A stretch of 64,000 nt of DNA from Candidatus Thalassarchaeum betae (GTDB taxonomy: Archaea > Thermoplasmatota > Poseidoniia > Poseidoniales > Thalassarchaeaceae). A program made the translations under genes and the position numbers. The stretch is taken from NCBI GenBank assembly GCA_003193925.1, contig PSPG01000002.1, positions 1 through 64,000 on the forward strand, read 5' to 3'. This document shows positions 16,401-25,079 of this stretch, one piece after another; the first letter of the stretch is position 1; every line of letters begins with the position of its first letter. A model generated the notes under the pieces. The model ran no database searches and had not been told where the DNA came from. It saw only the letters and a list, made by a program, of their open reading frames with translations.

Positions 16401-16507
16401 ACGATGCTGTTATCCCGATTCGTGGACAAGCCTGCTGATGCGAGTCCGGCGGACAGTGATGAGAGCAGCATCAGCAGAACCATGGCCGATGCAGTACGCT
16501 GACGCAT
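10421..16507 (-). CDS. Very large membrane-anchored S8 subtilase (pyrolysin-like) with PPC and Ig-like domains
   Basis: Catalytic triad motifs VAIADTGVD, SHGTLCAS and GGTSLATP; oxyanion GNGG; signal peptide; ADLDLFLF PPC motif; C-terminal TM WWFSLAAIALLAATVL followed by RRRRARK. Confidence 0.92.
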   Translation of the reverse strand: MRQRTASAMVLLMLLSSLSAGLASAGLSTNRDNSIVDADSQQSPELTEGFASGSPWVDSGLWERIDRGVEEIRVTVITRSLQTLNEWQHANGAFEEQKPAKSGETLLAEDPIDGQIDHRTFWMGAELFHKLPGVPGVIAILDAEKAPEPYDTITFDSPPGYQPESVRSGEIHGANDAWERGYTGEGIVVAIADTGVDFAHPDLNGTQARVTDAKSPYQGWPLMFDHNSMYYWLVYGDAYPARNTWYADTSFIDYDNDSDGVLDASGYNITGVNESLSGEYHLGEHPDYYLRSKVGADVPILVVDDRVSGLYETVYPDINLDGAFHNDTPMRPGEETAGLDTNDDGLWDISGGLVYWVADGVNGAPYTDTYSARHGYANRIPGAGNLTLFMLESGSHGTLCASAVAAQGVVSSGKVLGMAPNATISAIGNHYSGGHALDGWRFIAEGYDGVTQTVGDQPNIGSFSFGYSSVDEAGADGYSLYLDWLTRVYNRNTSYSVAIGNGGHGFGTAKVPGAAHGIFSVGAFTSRSSDSWGQNAPWSNRGPNVVGRMDPDIVAVGWSATGDIPLYYRSDANSAWTSWGGTSLATPIAAGLMALVAQAWQANLGDYPGSQEFRDFVLSTSDDRGYEPFVQGGGWFNASRATATLDGLNGTWWVSPAQWNSGTFQGQHRAANINVMRPGESQAVDLEFTNYGQTDVLLRYTPTVFTPLEHTVQVWHSLGNGSEGGANDTWDGHQGDRPDLLIPLHITNHSNASLPSDTRQLRARATIEYSAFDANQDRSSEERVFLEVYRWSDDDGDGVYVEDFDNDSMVDSDDWTEGGELEEVTYWWDNGPNAEVRIGLPFEDAKDGLFLGVWNYNGHLSDEPVRIEIDWTAFGSADDDWISMTTSMVVPANGSSSTQMTVSVPTDARSGLHQHGVLVEAFELDSGGNITSVMPHRNWTLPVVTNVPWTGPFTLNAGPIDGNVSNQTLYTEEWISGATRWDWRAESGDWRFLSVEWPEEWDTGGTAILDVDWNDNPYTDIDILWLSEMAHGYAEDDPDAYGESTFFIESRSINNHAGGGSHNWGTFTDTSREMFAVPTSQGMHQMVLHTALHGVSTNDNALNISVGYIAAEESGFERVVTDWAEGSGVDAVHVVSTVPLSVDSVTAYGWSQPAHFDNETAFQDVYNNKMTASWWHNMTVKNASELNIRMNAHDDADLDLFLFRDSNGDGVFSSGEEVARSWSGSSAETIRIVDPADGNYSVAVHGYSVPSGTVQFWIDIEIVGGDDLVITDQLSLTQGEIDAIWPNGSDTLAGQVPASALQVNLAYDRPETAGIWTGFIDVIIEGDISLRLPYTYELVELDPEVGFEVPANLTQTNVIVPVRLHALDTGIGFRLDDLNWEPADEGTSIPDADLVEAIDTDGNHHNLTAIWNSGNHFAMPENVSFREIWVNATLPQVEKWHDYRADLTDISNNSAETYLSVSYDATAPIVSISNIPWITNQATLTYTLQTEPDASVRHGDTEIELDESGFGEFTFQLTEAEERADADSSFFYVHGSSVFDIEVRDAAGNSLTRDFVVVFDPHTPSAALLDVADQADYHYTPEQITTPVNMSEGTLTISIPVDIRDWCLRVQALNSLHETVQCESDPLIPRITMEDAPGQGTYLSEYEINTTTLPDGDYLISLELTDWANNSAVEEWPLRLDRSVPLVEWEVSPGTHDALFDHRQGLSWLSSEEVHIRFTIDGALISERTGVTSGALFELNHTGVHEVCFEAVDMTEPQENDNRFLECRSMLLDPSIYSTHVTANWNGGLAAIEEVEAVLQRGPDQEIWWSRTDAGGRHLIEPGASVVTVVFDLEEGDNQFLIEIHALDHIDNYTLSIVKDTIAPVLNFYEVANRTTPLETSRVVSGVCEPGSTVMLWTEADDAEFVCPSSEEFLVTIEIPPTPGNHSINGLSVDAANNQNSMSIEVLEQEWIDWAIDDARNSGPMLWWFSLAAIALLAATVLPATMLRRRRARKLRMEGHGPDLDEIMSEIEAAADLSLADSAAGEDE

Positions 16508-16593
16508 GTTCCAAGGTTACTCCGAGAACCTTTGATACTGCCGGTTGGCTGTCCCGTCAAATCAAAAGCGGGGACTCGTCAGGAATGCCTCGG

Positions 16594-16669
16594 AGTCCCG
16601 TGGTGTAGTGGTCCATCATACCGGGTTTTGGTCCCGGTGACGGAGGTTCGAATCCTCCCGGGACTACCA
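16594..16669 (+). tRNA. tRNA-Gln(TTG), CCA encoded
   Basis: Acceptor AGTCCCG/CGGGACT with the A1-U72 pair typical of archaeal tRNA-Gln; anticodon arm CCGGG-TTTTGGT-CCCGG; T arm GGTTCGAATCC; ends ACCA. Confidence 0.97.
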
Positions 16670-18088
16670 CTAACGCTGGATGGCGTCGGAGTCATCAGCG
16701 AGATCACGGGTGATGTTCTTCTGATGGCCCTCAAGGGTGCCGCCGCCTATCTCCAGCAGCTTCGCGTCGCGCCACAGCCGCTCCACCACGTACTCACCGA
16801 CGTAGCCGTAGCCGCCCATCACCTGGATGGCTCTGTCTGCTATGTTCTTGGCCGCAGTCGTGCCGTACAGCTTGACGCCGTCCGAGTCTAGACGGTTTCC
16901 CGCCTCTGATAGGTCGATCTGTCGGGCTGTGTCGTAGACGTAGGCCCGCATGGCCCTGTACTCCGCCCATGACTCACCGATGTGCCGCTGGATCTGTCCG
17001 AACTCGCGTATCTGCCTGCCGAAGGCCTCGCGTTCACTGGCGTAGCGGTTCATCGCAGTGAGGCAGCGTCTCGATATGCCCAGGCCCATCGCGGCAAGGC
17101 CGAGCCTCTCGAGCTCGAGGTTCCTCATCATGTGGACCATCGACTCACCGGGCTGGCCGACCAGGTTCTGGGCCGGCACGATGCAGTCGTCGAACACCAG
17201 CTCGGCGGTGTTGCTCGCCCTCATGCCGAGCTTGTCGTAGATCTTCTGGCCGACAGAGTAGCCGACCATGCCGTTCTCGACGATGAAGGTGGTGAGCTCG
17301 GCACGGCCCTTATCGTCGGTACCGGTGCGGGCGTAGAGCCAGACTACGTCGGCAGGAGTGCCGTCCTCGTCTATCGAGCCGTTCGTTATCCACATCTTGC
17401 GCCCATTGATCACCCAGTTCCCATCATCGCGCTGCTCGGCACTGGTCTGCATGCCAAGCACGTCGGTGCCATAGCCTGGCTCACTCATCGCCATGCAGCC
17501 GATCCATTCGCCGCTGCACAGCCTGGGCAGGATTCTGAGCTTCTGCTCCTCATTGCCGTTCTGAGCGAGGTTGTTGGCCATCAGCTGGTCGTGAGCTAAG
17601 TAGGCGAGGCAGAAGCCGGGGTCCGAGTACGACATCTCCTCGTTGATGATAGCCACGGCGGTGGCGTCCATGCCGCCGCCGCCGTACTCGTCCGGAACCG
17701 AGATTCCTAGTAGCCCCTGATTGCCGAGGCTTCGGAACAGACCGGTGTTGAACCTCTCGTCGCGATCATGCTCCAAAGCCTGAGGCTCGACCTCAGCGGC
17801 GACGAAGTCGCGGATCATCTCGCGGAGCATCGCGTGCTCCTCGGTGGGGTTGGCGATGTCGAGGTCCCGCCAGCCCACGCTCGTGGACGTGCTGCCATCT
17901 GTCTCCGTATGAGCCAGATCGGACTTGATGGTGCAGCCGTTGGCGCATATCCAGCCCACGCTCCTGCGCGTGGCAGAAGCCATGGACTTGGCCTGCCCGC
18001 CAGGAACAGGCAGGCGTGACTCGATGCGGTACATGATGCGCTGGCAGAGATTGCAGCGAGGACGGGGGTTGAGTGGCTTCTTCGGCAC
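16670..18088 (-). CDS. Acyl-CoA dehydrogenase (isovaleryl-CoA dehydrogenase-like) with Cys-containing N-terminal extension
   Basis: AMSEPGYGTD, NGRKMWITNG, KLGMRASNTAEL, REAFGRQI, GGYGY, RLWRDAKLLEIGGGT. Confidence 0.92.
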   Translation of the reverse strand: MPKKPLNPRPRCNLCQRIMYRIESRLPVPGGQAKSMASATRRSVGWICANGCTIKSDLAHTETDGSTSTSVGWRDLDIANPTEEHAMLREMIRDFVAAEVEPQALEHDRDERFNTGLFRSLGNQGLLGISVPDEYGGGGMDATAVAIINEEMSYSDPGFCLAYLAHDQLMANNLAQNGNEEQKLRILPRLCSGEWIGCMAMSEPGYGTDVLGMQTSAEQRDDGNWVINGRKMWITNGSIDEDGTPADVVWLYARTGTDDKGRAELTTFIVENGMVGYSVGQKIYDKLGMRASNTAELVFDDCIVPAQNLVGQPGESMVHMMRNLELERLGLAAMGLGISRRCLTAMNRYASEREAFGRQIREFGQIQRHIGESWAEYRAMRAYVYDTARQIDLSEAGNRLDSDGVKLYGTTAAKNIADRAIQVMGGYGYVGEYVVERLWRDAKLLEIGGGTLEGHQKNITRDLADDSDAIQR

Positions 18089-18151
18089 ACTGCCGGCTCA
18101 ATCCGGCTAATATTAGAGGTTTTGGATACAAAGATTCCATTTGGAGCACGC

Positions 18152-19480
18152 CTACGGCGTGACCCTTCTGCTGTCCCTTGGGAAGGGGATGACCTCGCGG
18201 ATGTGGTTGGCACCGGATAACCATGCGCAGACACGGTCGACGCCGAGCCCGAAGCCGCCGTGGGGAACTCCTCCGTAACGACGGATGTCGATGTAGAACT
18301 CGTAGGGCTCGCGAGGCGTTCCCTCCTCATCGATCCGCTCGAGTATCTCCTTCTCGGACCAGGTGCGCTCACCGCCTCCTAGAATCTCGCCATAGCCATC
18401 GGGAGCGAGCAGGTCGTGGCACAGCACGTACTTCGGCTCCTTCGGGTCGGGGCGGTGGTAGAACGGCTTGGTGATTCTGGGGTAGTGGGTGACGAAGTGA
18501 GGAACGTCGAAATCAGCGGTGAGCACCTTCTCCTTCGAGTAGTCGAGATCCTGCCCCCACTCAACGGTCACTCCCTTGCTCTGCAGGGTCTCGATGGCCT
18601 CATCATACCTCATCCTCGGGTAGGCATTGTCAGCATAGCGGGAAATCAGTTCGAGGTCGCGACCCAGTTCTGACAACTCGTCCGACCTCTCATCGAGAAG
18701 GGTCTTAGCGATGTGCCTAACGACTCCCTCGCCGTACTCCATGATTTCCGCGTTGGACGCCCATGCGACCTCCATCTCGGCGTGCCAGAACTCGGTCAGG
18801 TGCCTGCGAGTCCTGCTCTTCTCCGCCCTGAAAGAAGGCGCCATCGTGTACAGCCTCTCGAGGGCGGGCATCGCCGCTTCGGCGTAGAGCTGCCAGGACT
18901 GCGTCAGGTATGCCTTGCGGCCGAAGTACGGGACCTCGAACAGAGTGCTTCCGCCCTCGACAGCGCCGGCCACGAAGTTCGGCGCCTGATACTCGATGAA
19001 GTCGAGCTCGCGGAAGTAGGAGTGGATGGCGCCGAAGACCGTGGAGCGCAGTTTGAGCATCGTCGTCATCCGGCCGGTGCGCAGGTACAGGTGACGGTTG
19101 TCGAGAAGGAACTCCGTCTCGCCTCCGTCAGCCTCAGCCATAGACGACTCTGTGATCGGGAAGGGGCGGTCTGGGTTGACCGGGCCGACGACCTCGCCCG
19201 ATGAGACCTGCACCTCGTGGCCATGCTCCCGTTCAGTCGGCTCGACCGTCCCCCGGAGGATGATGCTGGACTCGATCAACGCCGTGCGGAGCGCTTCGAA
19301 GGCGTCATCGCCCACTGACTCGCGCTTGATCACGCACTGTACGACTCCTGTGGAGTCGCGTAGCACCATGAACCAGATCTTGTTCGAGCCGCGGGTCCTG
19401 TGGACCCATCCCTTCAACTCAACTTGGGCGCCGTCATGGGCGCCTGCTCGGACGTCCCCTATCCAATGCTGCTTGCCCAT
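18152..19480 (-). CDS. asnS: Asparagine--tRNA ligase
   Basis: OB-fold GWVHRTR; YLTQSWQLY; motif 2 FRAEKSRTRRHLTEFWHAE; motif 3 PHGGFGLGVDR. Confidence 0.9.
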   Translation of the reverse strand: MGKQHWIGDVRAGAHDGAQVELKGWVHRTRGSNKIWFMVLRDSTGVVQCVIKRESVGDDAFEALRTALIESSIILRGTVEPTEREHGHEVQVSSGEVVGPVNPDRPFPITESSMAEADGGETEFLLDNRHLYLRTGRMTTMLKLRSTVFGAIHSYFRELDFIEYQAPNFVAGAVEGGSTLFEVPYFGRKAYLTQSWQLYAEAAMPALERLYTMAPSFRAEKSRTRRHLTEFWHAEMEVAWASNAEIMEYGEGVVRHIAKTLLDERSDELSELGRDLELISRYADNAYPRMRYDEAIETLQSKGVTVEWGQDLDYSKEKVLTADFDVPHFVTHYPRITKPFYHRPDPKEPKYVLCHDLLAPDGYGEILGGGERTWSEKEILERIDEEGTPREPYEFYIDIRRYGGVPHGGFGLGVDRVCAWLSGANHIREVIPFPRDSRRVTP

Positions 19481-19552
19481 GGACTCCCTTCCTGTGAGCG
19501 ACTCGCCCGCTTATGGGTTAAGAAACCTCGATTCTCAGAGGGCCGGATGAGG

Positions 19553-19626
19553 CGGGTCTGACGGGATTCGAACCCGCGGCCGACGGGTTAAGAGCCCGTC
19601 ACTCTACCTGACTAAGCTACAGACCC
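19553..19626 (-). tRNA. tRNA-Lys(CTT), CCA not fully encoded
   Basis: Reverse complement GGGTCTGTAGCTTAGTCAGGTAGAGTGACGGGCTCTTAACCCGTCGGCCGCGGGTTCGAATCCCGTCAGACCCG; anticodon arm ACGGG-CTCTTAA-CCCGT. Confidence 0.96.
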
Positions 19627-19673
19627 AGTGTGCCGAATTGACGCCACTCTATAACCGCGACGGAGCCAGTGAA

Positions 19674-20375
19674 TCAGCTGAGTCTACCGTTATCCTTCAG
19701 CAGAGTCCGGACACTCGATGAGGAGGACATAACGACCGCATCGCAGATGCTCACAAACAACCCGACATCGACGACGCCGGCAACGGACCGTATCTGTGAC
19801 TGGAGCGATTCGGGGTCGGAAATAGTGGGGCCGAACTCGCAGTCGAGGATGTAGCCGCCGTCGTCGGTGAGGTAAGGGGCGCGGCCCCCTCTGAGGCGGA
19901 CCTCGCCCGGGCAGATTCTCGCCATGTGATCCCTGACATCCTCCCAGTCGGAAGCGACGACCTCCATCGGCAGGTCGAACGCCCCTAGGACACCAACCTG
20001 CTTCCGGTCATCGGCAACCACCACCATCGCCCTCGATGCCTCAGCGACCCTCTTCTCGCGGGTCAGCGCCCCGCCGCCGCCCTTGATGAGGTCGAAATTC
20101 GGGTCGAACTCGTCAGCCCCGTCGATGGTCAGGTCGAGCTCGCCGGCCTCGTTTAGCGTCAGAAGCGGGATTCCCAGGCTCTCCGACAACTCGCGCGTGG
20201 CCTCACTGGTCGGCACGCCAGTCACATCGAGCCCCTCCTCGGCCACGCGGCGTCCGATCTCAAGCACCGTGTAGCGAACTGTGGAGCCAGTGCCCAAGCC
20301 CAGTTTCATGCCACTGCGCACGAATGAGCAAGCAGCGATCCCGGCCTCGCGCTTGAGCGCCTCGATATCGTCCAC
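19674..20375 (-). CDS. rpiA: Ribose-5-phosphate isomerase A
   Basis: GLGTGST, DGADEFD, IKGGGGALTREK, GVVDVGLF. Start revised to GTG 20375 because the track extension runs antisense through the RNase P RNA. Confidence 0.93.
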   Translation of the reverse strand: MDDIEALKREAGIAACSFVRSGMKLGLGTGSTVRYTVLEIGRRVAEEGLDVTGVPTSEATRELSESLGIPLLTLNEAGELDLTIDGADEFDPNFDLIKGGGGALTREKRVAEASRAMVVVADDRKQVGVLGAFDLPMEVVASDWEDVRDHMARICPGEVRLRGGRAPYLTDDGGYILDCEFGPTISDPESLQSQIRSVAGVVDVGLFVSICDAVVMSSSSSVRTLLKDNGRLS

Positions 20376-20484
20376 GATGCGCGCTGGAGGCGCGCCGCGC
20401 ATGATGGTTTCCGCCTCGGATTCGCCCGGAGATGGGTGATTTCGGCGACCGAGGGGTTCATGCGAGGGTCGCGCGCCCGCAGAT

Positions 20485-20784
20485 GCGAGGGAGCAGGAGG
20501 GTCGCTGACAGTGTACGACACTGAGGAAAGTCCCCTCTCCGCGATGCAGGTGGTCCGACGTGAGTCGGAGGTCCGGGAGGGCCGGCTCTGCAACAGAAAC
20601 GAACCGCGCCAGGCGCACTGTGAACCCGAAAGGGGGAGGTTTCCTGACCGTGGCTGGAACGAGCACCCCCGCCGGAGCAAGTCCAAGCAGGTCCGCATGG
20701 CATCGACAGGACCGGGTAGGATGCATAGTTGAATGCGACCAGCCGCAAGGTGAACAGAAAGGGGCTTACTCCCTGCACCCTCGC
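20485..20784 (+). ncRNA. rnpB: RNase P RNA (archaeal)
   Basis: CR-I GAGGAAAGTCC near 20523, central ACAGAAA, CR-V AACAGAAAGGGGCTTACT near 20753-20770; terminal P1 helix GCGAGGGAGCAGG / CCTGCACCCTCGC; about 300 nt. Confidence 0.93.
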
Positions 20785-20813
20785 CCTGTTTCGCTCAGCG
20801 AGAGCGTTCGCTG

Positions 20814-23800
20814 TCACTCGATCACTGCATCGAGCACGGCCTCTTCGGACAACGTCCCGCTCTCCTCGTAGTCGAGCCACGAGCCGGAGCCCGTGATGCG
20901 GGAGCTGAATTCGTGGAATGCGACGATCAGCGCAGGCAGCAGGATGGAGCTAGTCAGCAGGGCCAGAATCAGCAGCAGCATCATCAGGACGAAGAAGTTC
21001 TGCAGGCCTGGGATAGCGACGAACAGGCCTGCTGATAGCCCGGCGCAAGTCGTCACGGTCGTCTCGAAGATGGTCTGACCGGTCTTGGCCACCGACTTGA
21101 CGATGCCAGCTGGGGTCTCTCGTTCGTCCTTGATGCGATCGATGATGTGAATCGAGTCGTCGACCCCGATGCCGAAGACGATTGTCCCGATCATCGCCGT
21201 GAAGACGTTTACGTTGACTCCGCCGCCGCGCATCAGCAGAGGCTGCCAGATGACTACGACGCCCACTGCGACCATGGTGAAGAAGGCCAATCGGGGAGAG
21301 CGGAACAGGATTGCCATGGTCAGCAGCAGTATCAGCATGGTCGCTACGGTTGTCTTCGATTGGGCCTCGTGTATCCCGTCGTTGATGTCTATCGATACCG
21401 GCAGGCCACCGGTCAGCAGCGAGTTGAAGACCTGCGTTATCCCGAGGGCCTGGCAGGTCCAAGCGGTGCCGCAGCCTGCCGGGCCAGTCAGGTAGCCGTC
21501 GATGGCGTCGCGCAGGACCCCTGCGTCTGCGAGGTTGATGTAGGGCTGATTAACATAGACTAGGGTCTTGGTCTCGCCCGTGCCCTGGTCAACGTTCATC
21601 AGCATCGATCGAACTTCGGGGGAGAGGGTGTCGAAGGCGATGTTCACCATGTCCTCGCGACTCGAGACCGAGTACGCCCAGCAGTCGGGTCTGAGGGGAT
21701 TGGTGGACTCGTCCCAGCATTCGTCGTGCAGAATCTCCCACAGGCTCTGGTCGTAGATCTCCAGCCCGCCGACAACGACGTCCACGTGTATCGATCTCAG
21801 CACCGTGACCAGGCTGATCGTCGTGGTGTTGGCAACTAGGTCTATCTTCTGCACTTGCATGTAGTCTATCGCGTCTAGTATGGGTAAATCGCGAATGGGA
21901 GCTGTTCCGTTCTGCCCGCCCCTTCCGGTCGCGTCGACGATGAACATGTTCGTCTGCCCGGCCTCGAAGACCTCGCTGTACTCGCTCAGGGCCTCGTAGG
22001 ACTCGAGCCCGGGCGGGACCTCGTCCGAGGCGCCCGTGATGCCCTTGCCTAGTTCCTCGCTGAGGATGCTGGCTCCTGCTGCTGTGAAGAACGTGGCTAC
22101 TAGGATTACCACCAGAGTGGCCTTGATTGGCACTTCGCCGACCTTCTCCCAGAAGGCGTCGAATGCCTTGAACTGCACCTTCCTGTACCTGAGCAGCTGC
22201 ACGAGGGCCGGTACCATCAGCATGGAGAGGACGAATGTGGTCGAGATGCCGAGCAGCAGGGTCGTGCCCACGGTCCGCATGGGCTCGATGGGCACTAGGC
22301 TCGGCCAGCGGAGAACGCTGAACCCGATGATGGTGGTGAGCGCGGACAGGAAGATCGCGTGGCCGGTGGTGAGCACTGCTCGCACTGTCGCCATGAGGCT
22401 GATGTGGGGGTCCCACGGATCGACGTCCTCGGTCTGGAGGCCGTCCCTCTGGGCCGCCCATGTCATCTCTAGCCGCTCCTCTATCAGGTCGATTCTGTTC
22501 TCCTCGATCCGGTTCGTCAGATGGAGGGCGTAATCGACTCCCAAGCCGACTAGTATGGGGCCGACGGAGATGATCATCGGAGTGAGCATGATGTCCGCCC
22601 ACACCGTGATGCCGAAGGTTATGGCGAGGCTCATCAGGATCGGAGCGCCGCAGATGATGATGACCTTCGGGTTTCGGTGCAGGATCAGCATGGCCAGAGC
22701 GACCAGAATGAGGCTGATTGGGAGCATCCGGTCCACCAGTTCGAGGTAGATGGCGTCGGAGACGTCATGCAGCACGGGAGTCAGCCCGGTGATGGTGATG
22801 GCCTTGCGCTCCTCGATCGAGGTGAACTCGTCCATGGTGGACGTCGGGGTGCTGTAGACCCTGTGGCAGAGCTGGCAGTCTGAGGGATCAGACTCCTCGT
22901 AGATCAGCAGCTCGGCGTGGATGATGAACGCCTTGTGGTCCCTGAGGATGCCCTCTGGGTTTTCCTCCGTAGTTCCCTTGGGGTTCGGGCGCGCGGTGAT
23001 GGCGGTATCGGACATATCGAACTTGAGGCCCATGACGACGACTCCGGTGTCCCATATGCCGTCCCCATTTGTGTCCCTGACGAAGTTCGAGAGCAGTGGC
23101 TCGGCGTCCTCGACGAAGCGGTCCACCCTCTCTTGGGCGCCAGAGCCCTCGGGTATCGAGTAGCCCTCGTACGGATTCATGGAGGATAGGATGCATTCCT
23201 CGTTGGGGCCGGTCGGAAGTCCGTGCTTCTCGACTGCGCAGTTGAACCTGTAACTCGAGGAGTTCGCCTCCTTGATGATCTGGGCTGGCGACAGGACCCA
23301 GACGACACCGTCGATGTCCCCTCTGTCCCCCTTGTTGTAATCCAGTCCGGACTGGTACCCGCCTATGCCGCGATTCTGGTCATCGCCTTCTATCCAGGAG
23401 ATTTGCTTCAGTATGTCCACGTGGGTGATGTTCTCGACGCCGCGGAAGCTCGGATCTGCTATCGCGTTATCCGTCTGGACGTACAGGATGAATATATCAG
23501 TGGCCCACTGCTCACGCACCTGCTTCAGCAGAGCCGTCGAATCGGCGCCATCGGGGAGGTAAATCTCGACATCACCATTGATCTGGTGCTCGAACTCCAT
23601 CGCGTCCCTGCCGACCACCGCAGTCAGCAGCAGAAGCAGGATGACGATGCTGGCCGGGCTCCTGAGGATCGAGGAGTAAGTGAGCTCGACTGTCCTGCGC
23701 GTAGCTCCCCGGGCAGCGTCGCTGGCGTCGTCAACGAGTTGTGCAAGGGTATCGAGGCCCTCGCCGACGAAGCTGCTAGTGAAGCCCTCTCGAGCCCTGT

Positions 23801-23918
23801 CCGAGGCCTCCTTCAGTGGCTTGAGCCTCTCGAAGAATCCCTCCCAGAAAGCCGCCTCGTCATCACGGTCCTCTCCATCTGCGATGGAGTACTTGTCCAC
23901 CGGCTCCGCATCAGGCAC
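20814..23918 (-). CDS. MMPL/RND-family membrane transporter
   Basis: Two-fold repeat of an extracellular loop plus TM bundle, with GLGVDYALH and GIGVDDSIH motifs. Start revised to GTG 23918 (uncertain). Confidence 0.85.
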   Translation of the reverse strand: MPDAEPVDKYSIADGEDRDDEAAFWEGFFERLKPLKEASDRAREGFTSSFVGEGLDTLAQLVDDASDAARGATRRTVELTYSSILRSPASIVILLLLLTAVVGRDAMEFEHQINGDVEIYLPDGADSTALLKQVREQWATDIFILYVQTDNAIADPSFRGVENITHVDILKQISWIEGDDQNRGIGGYQSGLDYNKGDRGDIDGVVWVLSPAQIIKEANSSSYRFNCAVEKHGLPTGPNEECILSSMNPYEGYSIPEGSGAQERVDRFVEDAEPLLSNFVRDTNGDGIWDTGVVVMGLKFDMSDTAITARPNPKGTTEENPEGILRDHKAFIIHAELLIYEESDPSDCQLCHRVYSTPTSTMDEFTSIEERKAITITGLTPVLHDVSDAIYLELVDRMLPISLILVALAMLILHRNPKVIIICGAPILMSLAITFGITVWADIMLTPMIISVGPILVGLGVDYALHLTNRIEENRIDLIEERLEMTWAAQRDGLQTEDVDPWDPHISLMATVRAVLTTGHAIFLSALTTIIGFSVLRWPSLVPIEPMRTVGTTLLLGISTTFVLSMLMVPALVQLLRYRKVQFKAFDAFWEKVGEVPIKATLVVILVATFFTAAGASILSEELGKGITGASDEVPPGLESYEALSEYSEVFEAGQTNMFIVDATGRGGQNGTAPIRDLPILDAIDYMQVQKIDLVANTTTISLVTVLRSIHVDVVVGGLEIYDQSLWEILHDECWDESTNPLRPDCWAYSVSSREDMVNIAFDTLSPEVRSMLMNVDQGTGETKTLVYVNQPYINLADAGVLRDAIDGYLTGPAGCGTAWTCQALGITQVFNSLLTGGLPVSIDINDGIHEAQSKTTVATMLILLLTMAILFRSPRLAFFTMVAVGVVVIWQPLLMRGGGVNVNVFTAMIGTIVFGIGVDDSIHIIDRIKDERETPAGIVKSVAKTGQTIFETTVTTCAGLSAGLFVAIPGLQNFFVLMMLLLILALLTSSILLPALIVAFHEFSSRITGSGSWLDYEESGTLSEEAVLDAVIE

Positions 23919-24137
23919 GGGGTGGGGCCTCCACGGGAGCCAAATGAAGCGTTCGCATTGGCTCCTCGTGGGAGGCGTGTTTGGAGCAGTTTCAGGATTT
24001 CTGGAACTGGCTCGCAGTCGCGACCGCCTGCTCCCCGTCGATGACTCAGCGCACAGGGTACGGTGATTGGGTTTGCGCCAGCCCCGCGCGCGACGGCAAC
24101 CCGATGCACTCAAGGCTGACGCTAGGGTCGCGCGGCC

Positions 24138-25079
24138 ATGGAACTGGTCACAGGCGGTGCCGGGTTCATCGGCTCCCACCTGGTGGATTCACTGGTAACT
24201 CAAGGGGAGCGCGTGCGCGTCCTCGACAACTTCAGCAGTGGTCGCGAGGAGTTCCTCTCCCAACACTCGGGCTCGGGTATGGTCGAGGTCGTCAGGGCCG
24301 ACCTGCTTGACCTAGAATCGGTGAATTCGGCTATGGACGGGGTCGAAACCGTCCATCACATGGCTGCCAACCCCGACATCCGGCTAGGGACCGAAGTCAC
24401 CGACACCGACCTCAGGCAGGGCACTATCGCCACCTACAACGTGCTCGAGTCGATGCGTCTCACGGGAGTGGGTAAAATCTCATTCTCGTCATCGTCAGCC
24501 GTGTACGGCGAGGCTGATCGGATGCCCACGCCCGAGACCTACGGCCCAATCAAGCCAATTTCCCTCTACGGAGCGTCCAAACTGGCCTCCGAGGCCCTCA
24601 TCACCGCATGGTGCGGCACCTTTGGCGCCAAGGCCTGGATTCACAGATTCGCCAACATCGTGGGCCCGAGGGGCACGCACGGAGTCATCTACGACTTCGT
24701 CCACAAGCTCAAGGCGGATCCGACCCGGCTTGAAGTCCTCGGCGACGGCCTCCAGGAGAAGTCTTACATGTCCGTCGAGGACTGTGTAAGCGCCATGCTC
24801 CACCTCGTCGACGGTGTCGATGACGAGGTGAACCTGTACAACCTCGGGACCGGCGACACCTGCTCGGTCCGCCGCATCGCCGAGATCGTGGTCGAGGAGA
24901 GTGGCCTCAAGGGAGTCTCCATCGAGTACACCGGGGGTGAGCGTGGCTGGGCCGGCGATGTGCCCAAGACCTCGCTAGACGTGGGGTGCCTGTTCTCCAC
25001 AGGTTTCGTGCCCGGAATGCAGTCTGAGGCAGCAATCAGGCAAACTGCGTGCGCGCTCATCGGCGAGATAGGCCTGTGA
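24138..25079 (+). CDS. NAD-dependent epimerase/dehydratase (GalE-like extended SDR)
   Basis: TGGAGFIGSH, SSSAVYG, YGASK, RFANIVGP. Confidence 0.92.
   Translation: MELVTGGAGFIGSHLVDSLVTQGERVRVLDNFSSGREEFLSQHSGSGMVEVVRADLLDLESVNSAMDGVETVHHMAANPDIRLGTEVTDTDLRQGTIATYNVLESMRLTGVGKISFSSSSAVYGEADRMPTPETYGPIKPISLYGASKLASEALITAWCGTFGAKAWIHRFANIVGPRGTHGVIYDFVHKLKADPTRLEVLGDGLQEKSYMSVEDCVSAMLHLVDGVDDEVNLYNLGTGDTCSVRRIAEIVVEESGLKGVSIEYTGGERGWAGDVPKTSLDVGCLFSTGFVPGMQSEAAIRQTACALIGEIGL

Noticed and set aside
20376-20726. 117-aa N-terminal extension of RpiA in the ORF track
   Set aside because: It lies antisense to the RNase P RNA and its promoter; RpiA homology begins near 20375.
23945-23958. GAA-GCG-TT-CGC-A resembling an archaeal SECIS core
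   Set aside because: The 2-nt loop is too small, no in-frame TGA selenoprotein was seen nearby, and the element lies in an upstream spacer rather than a 3' UTR.
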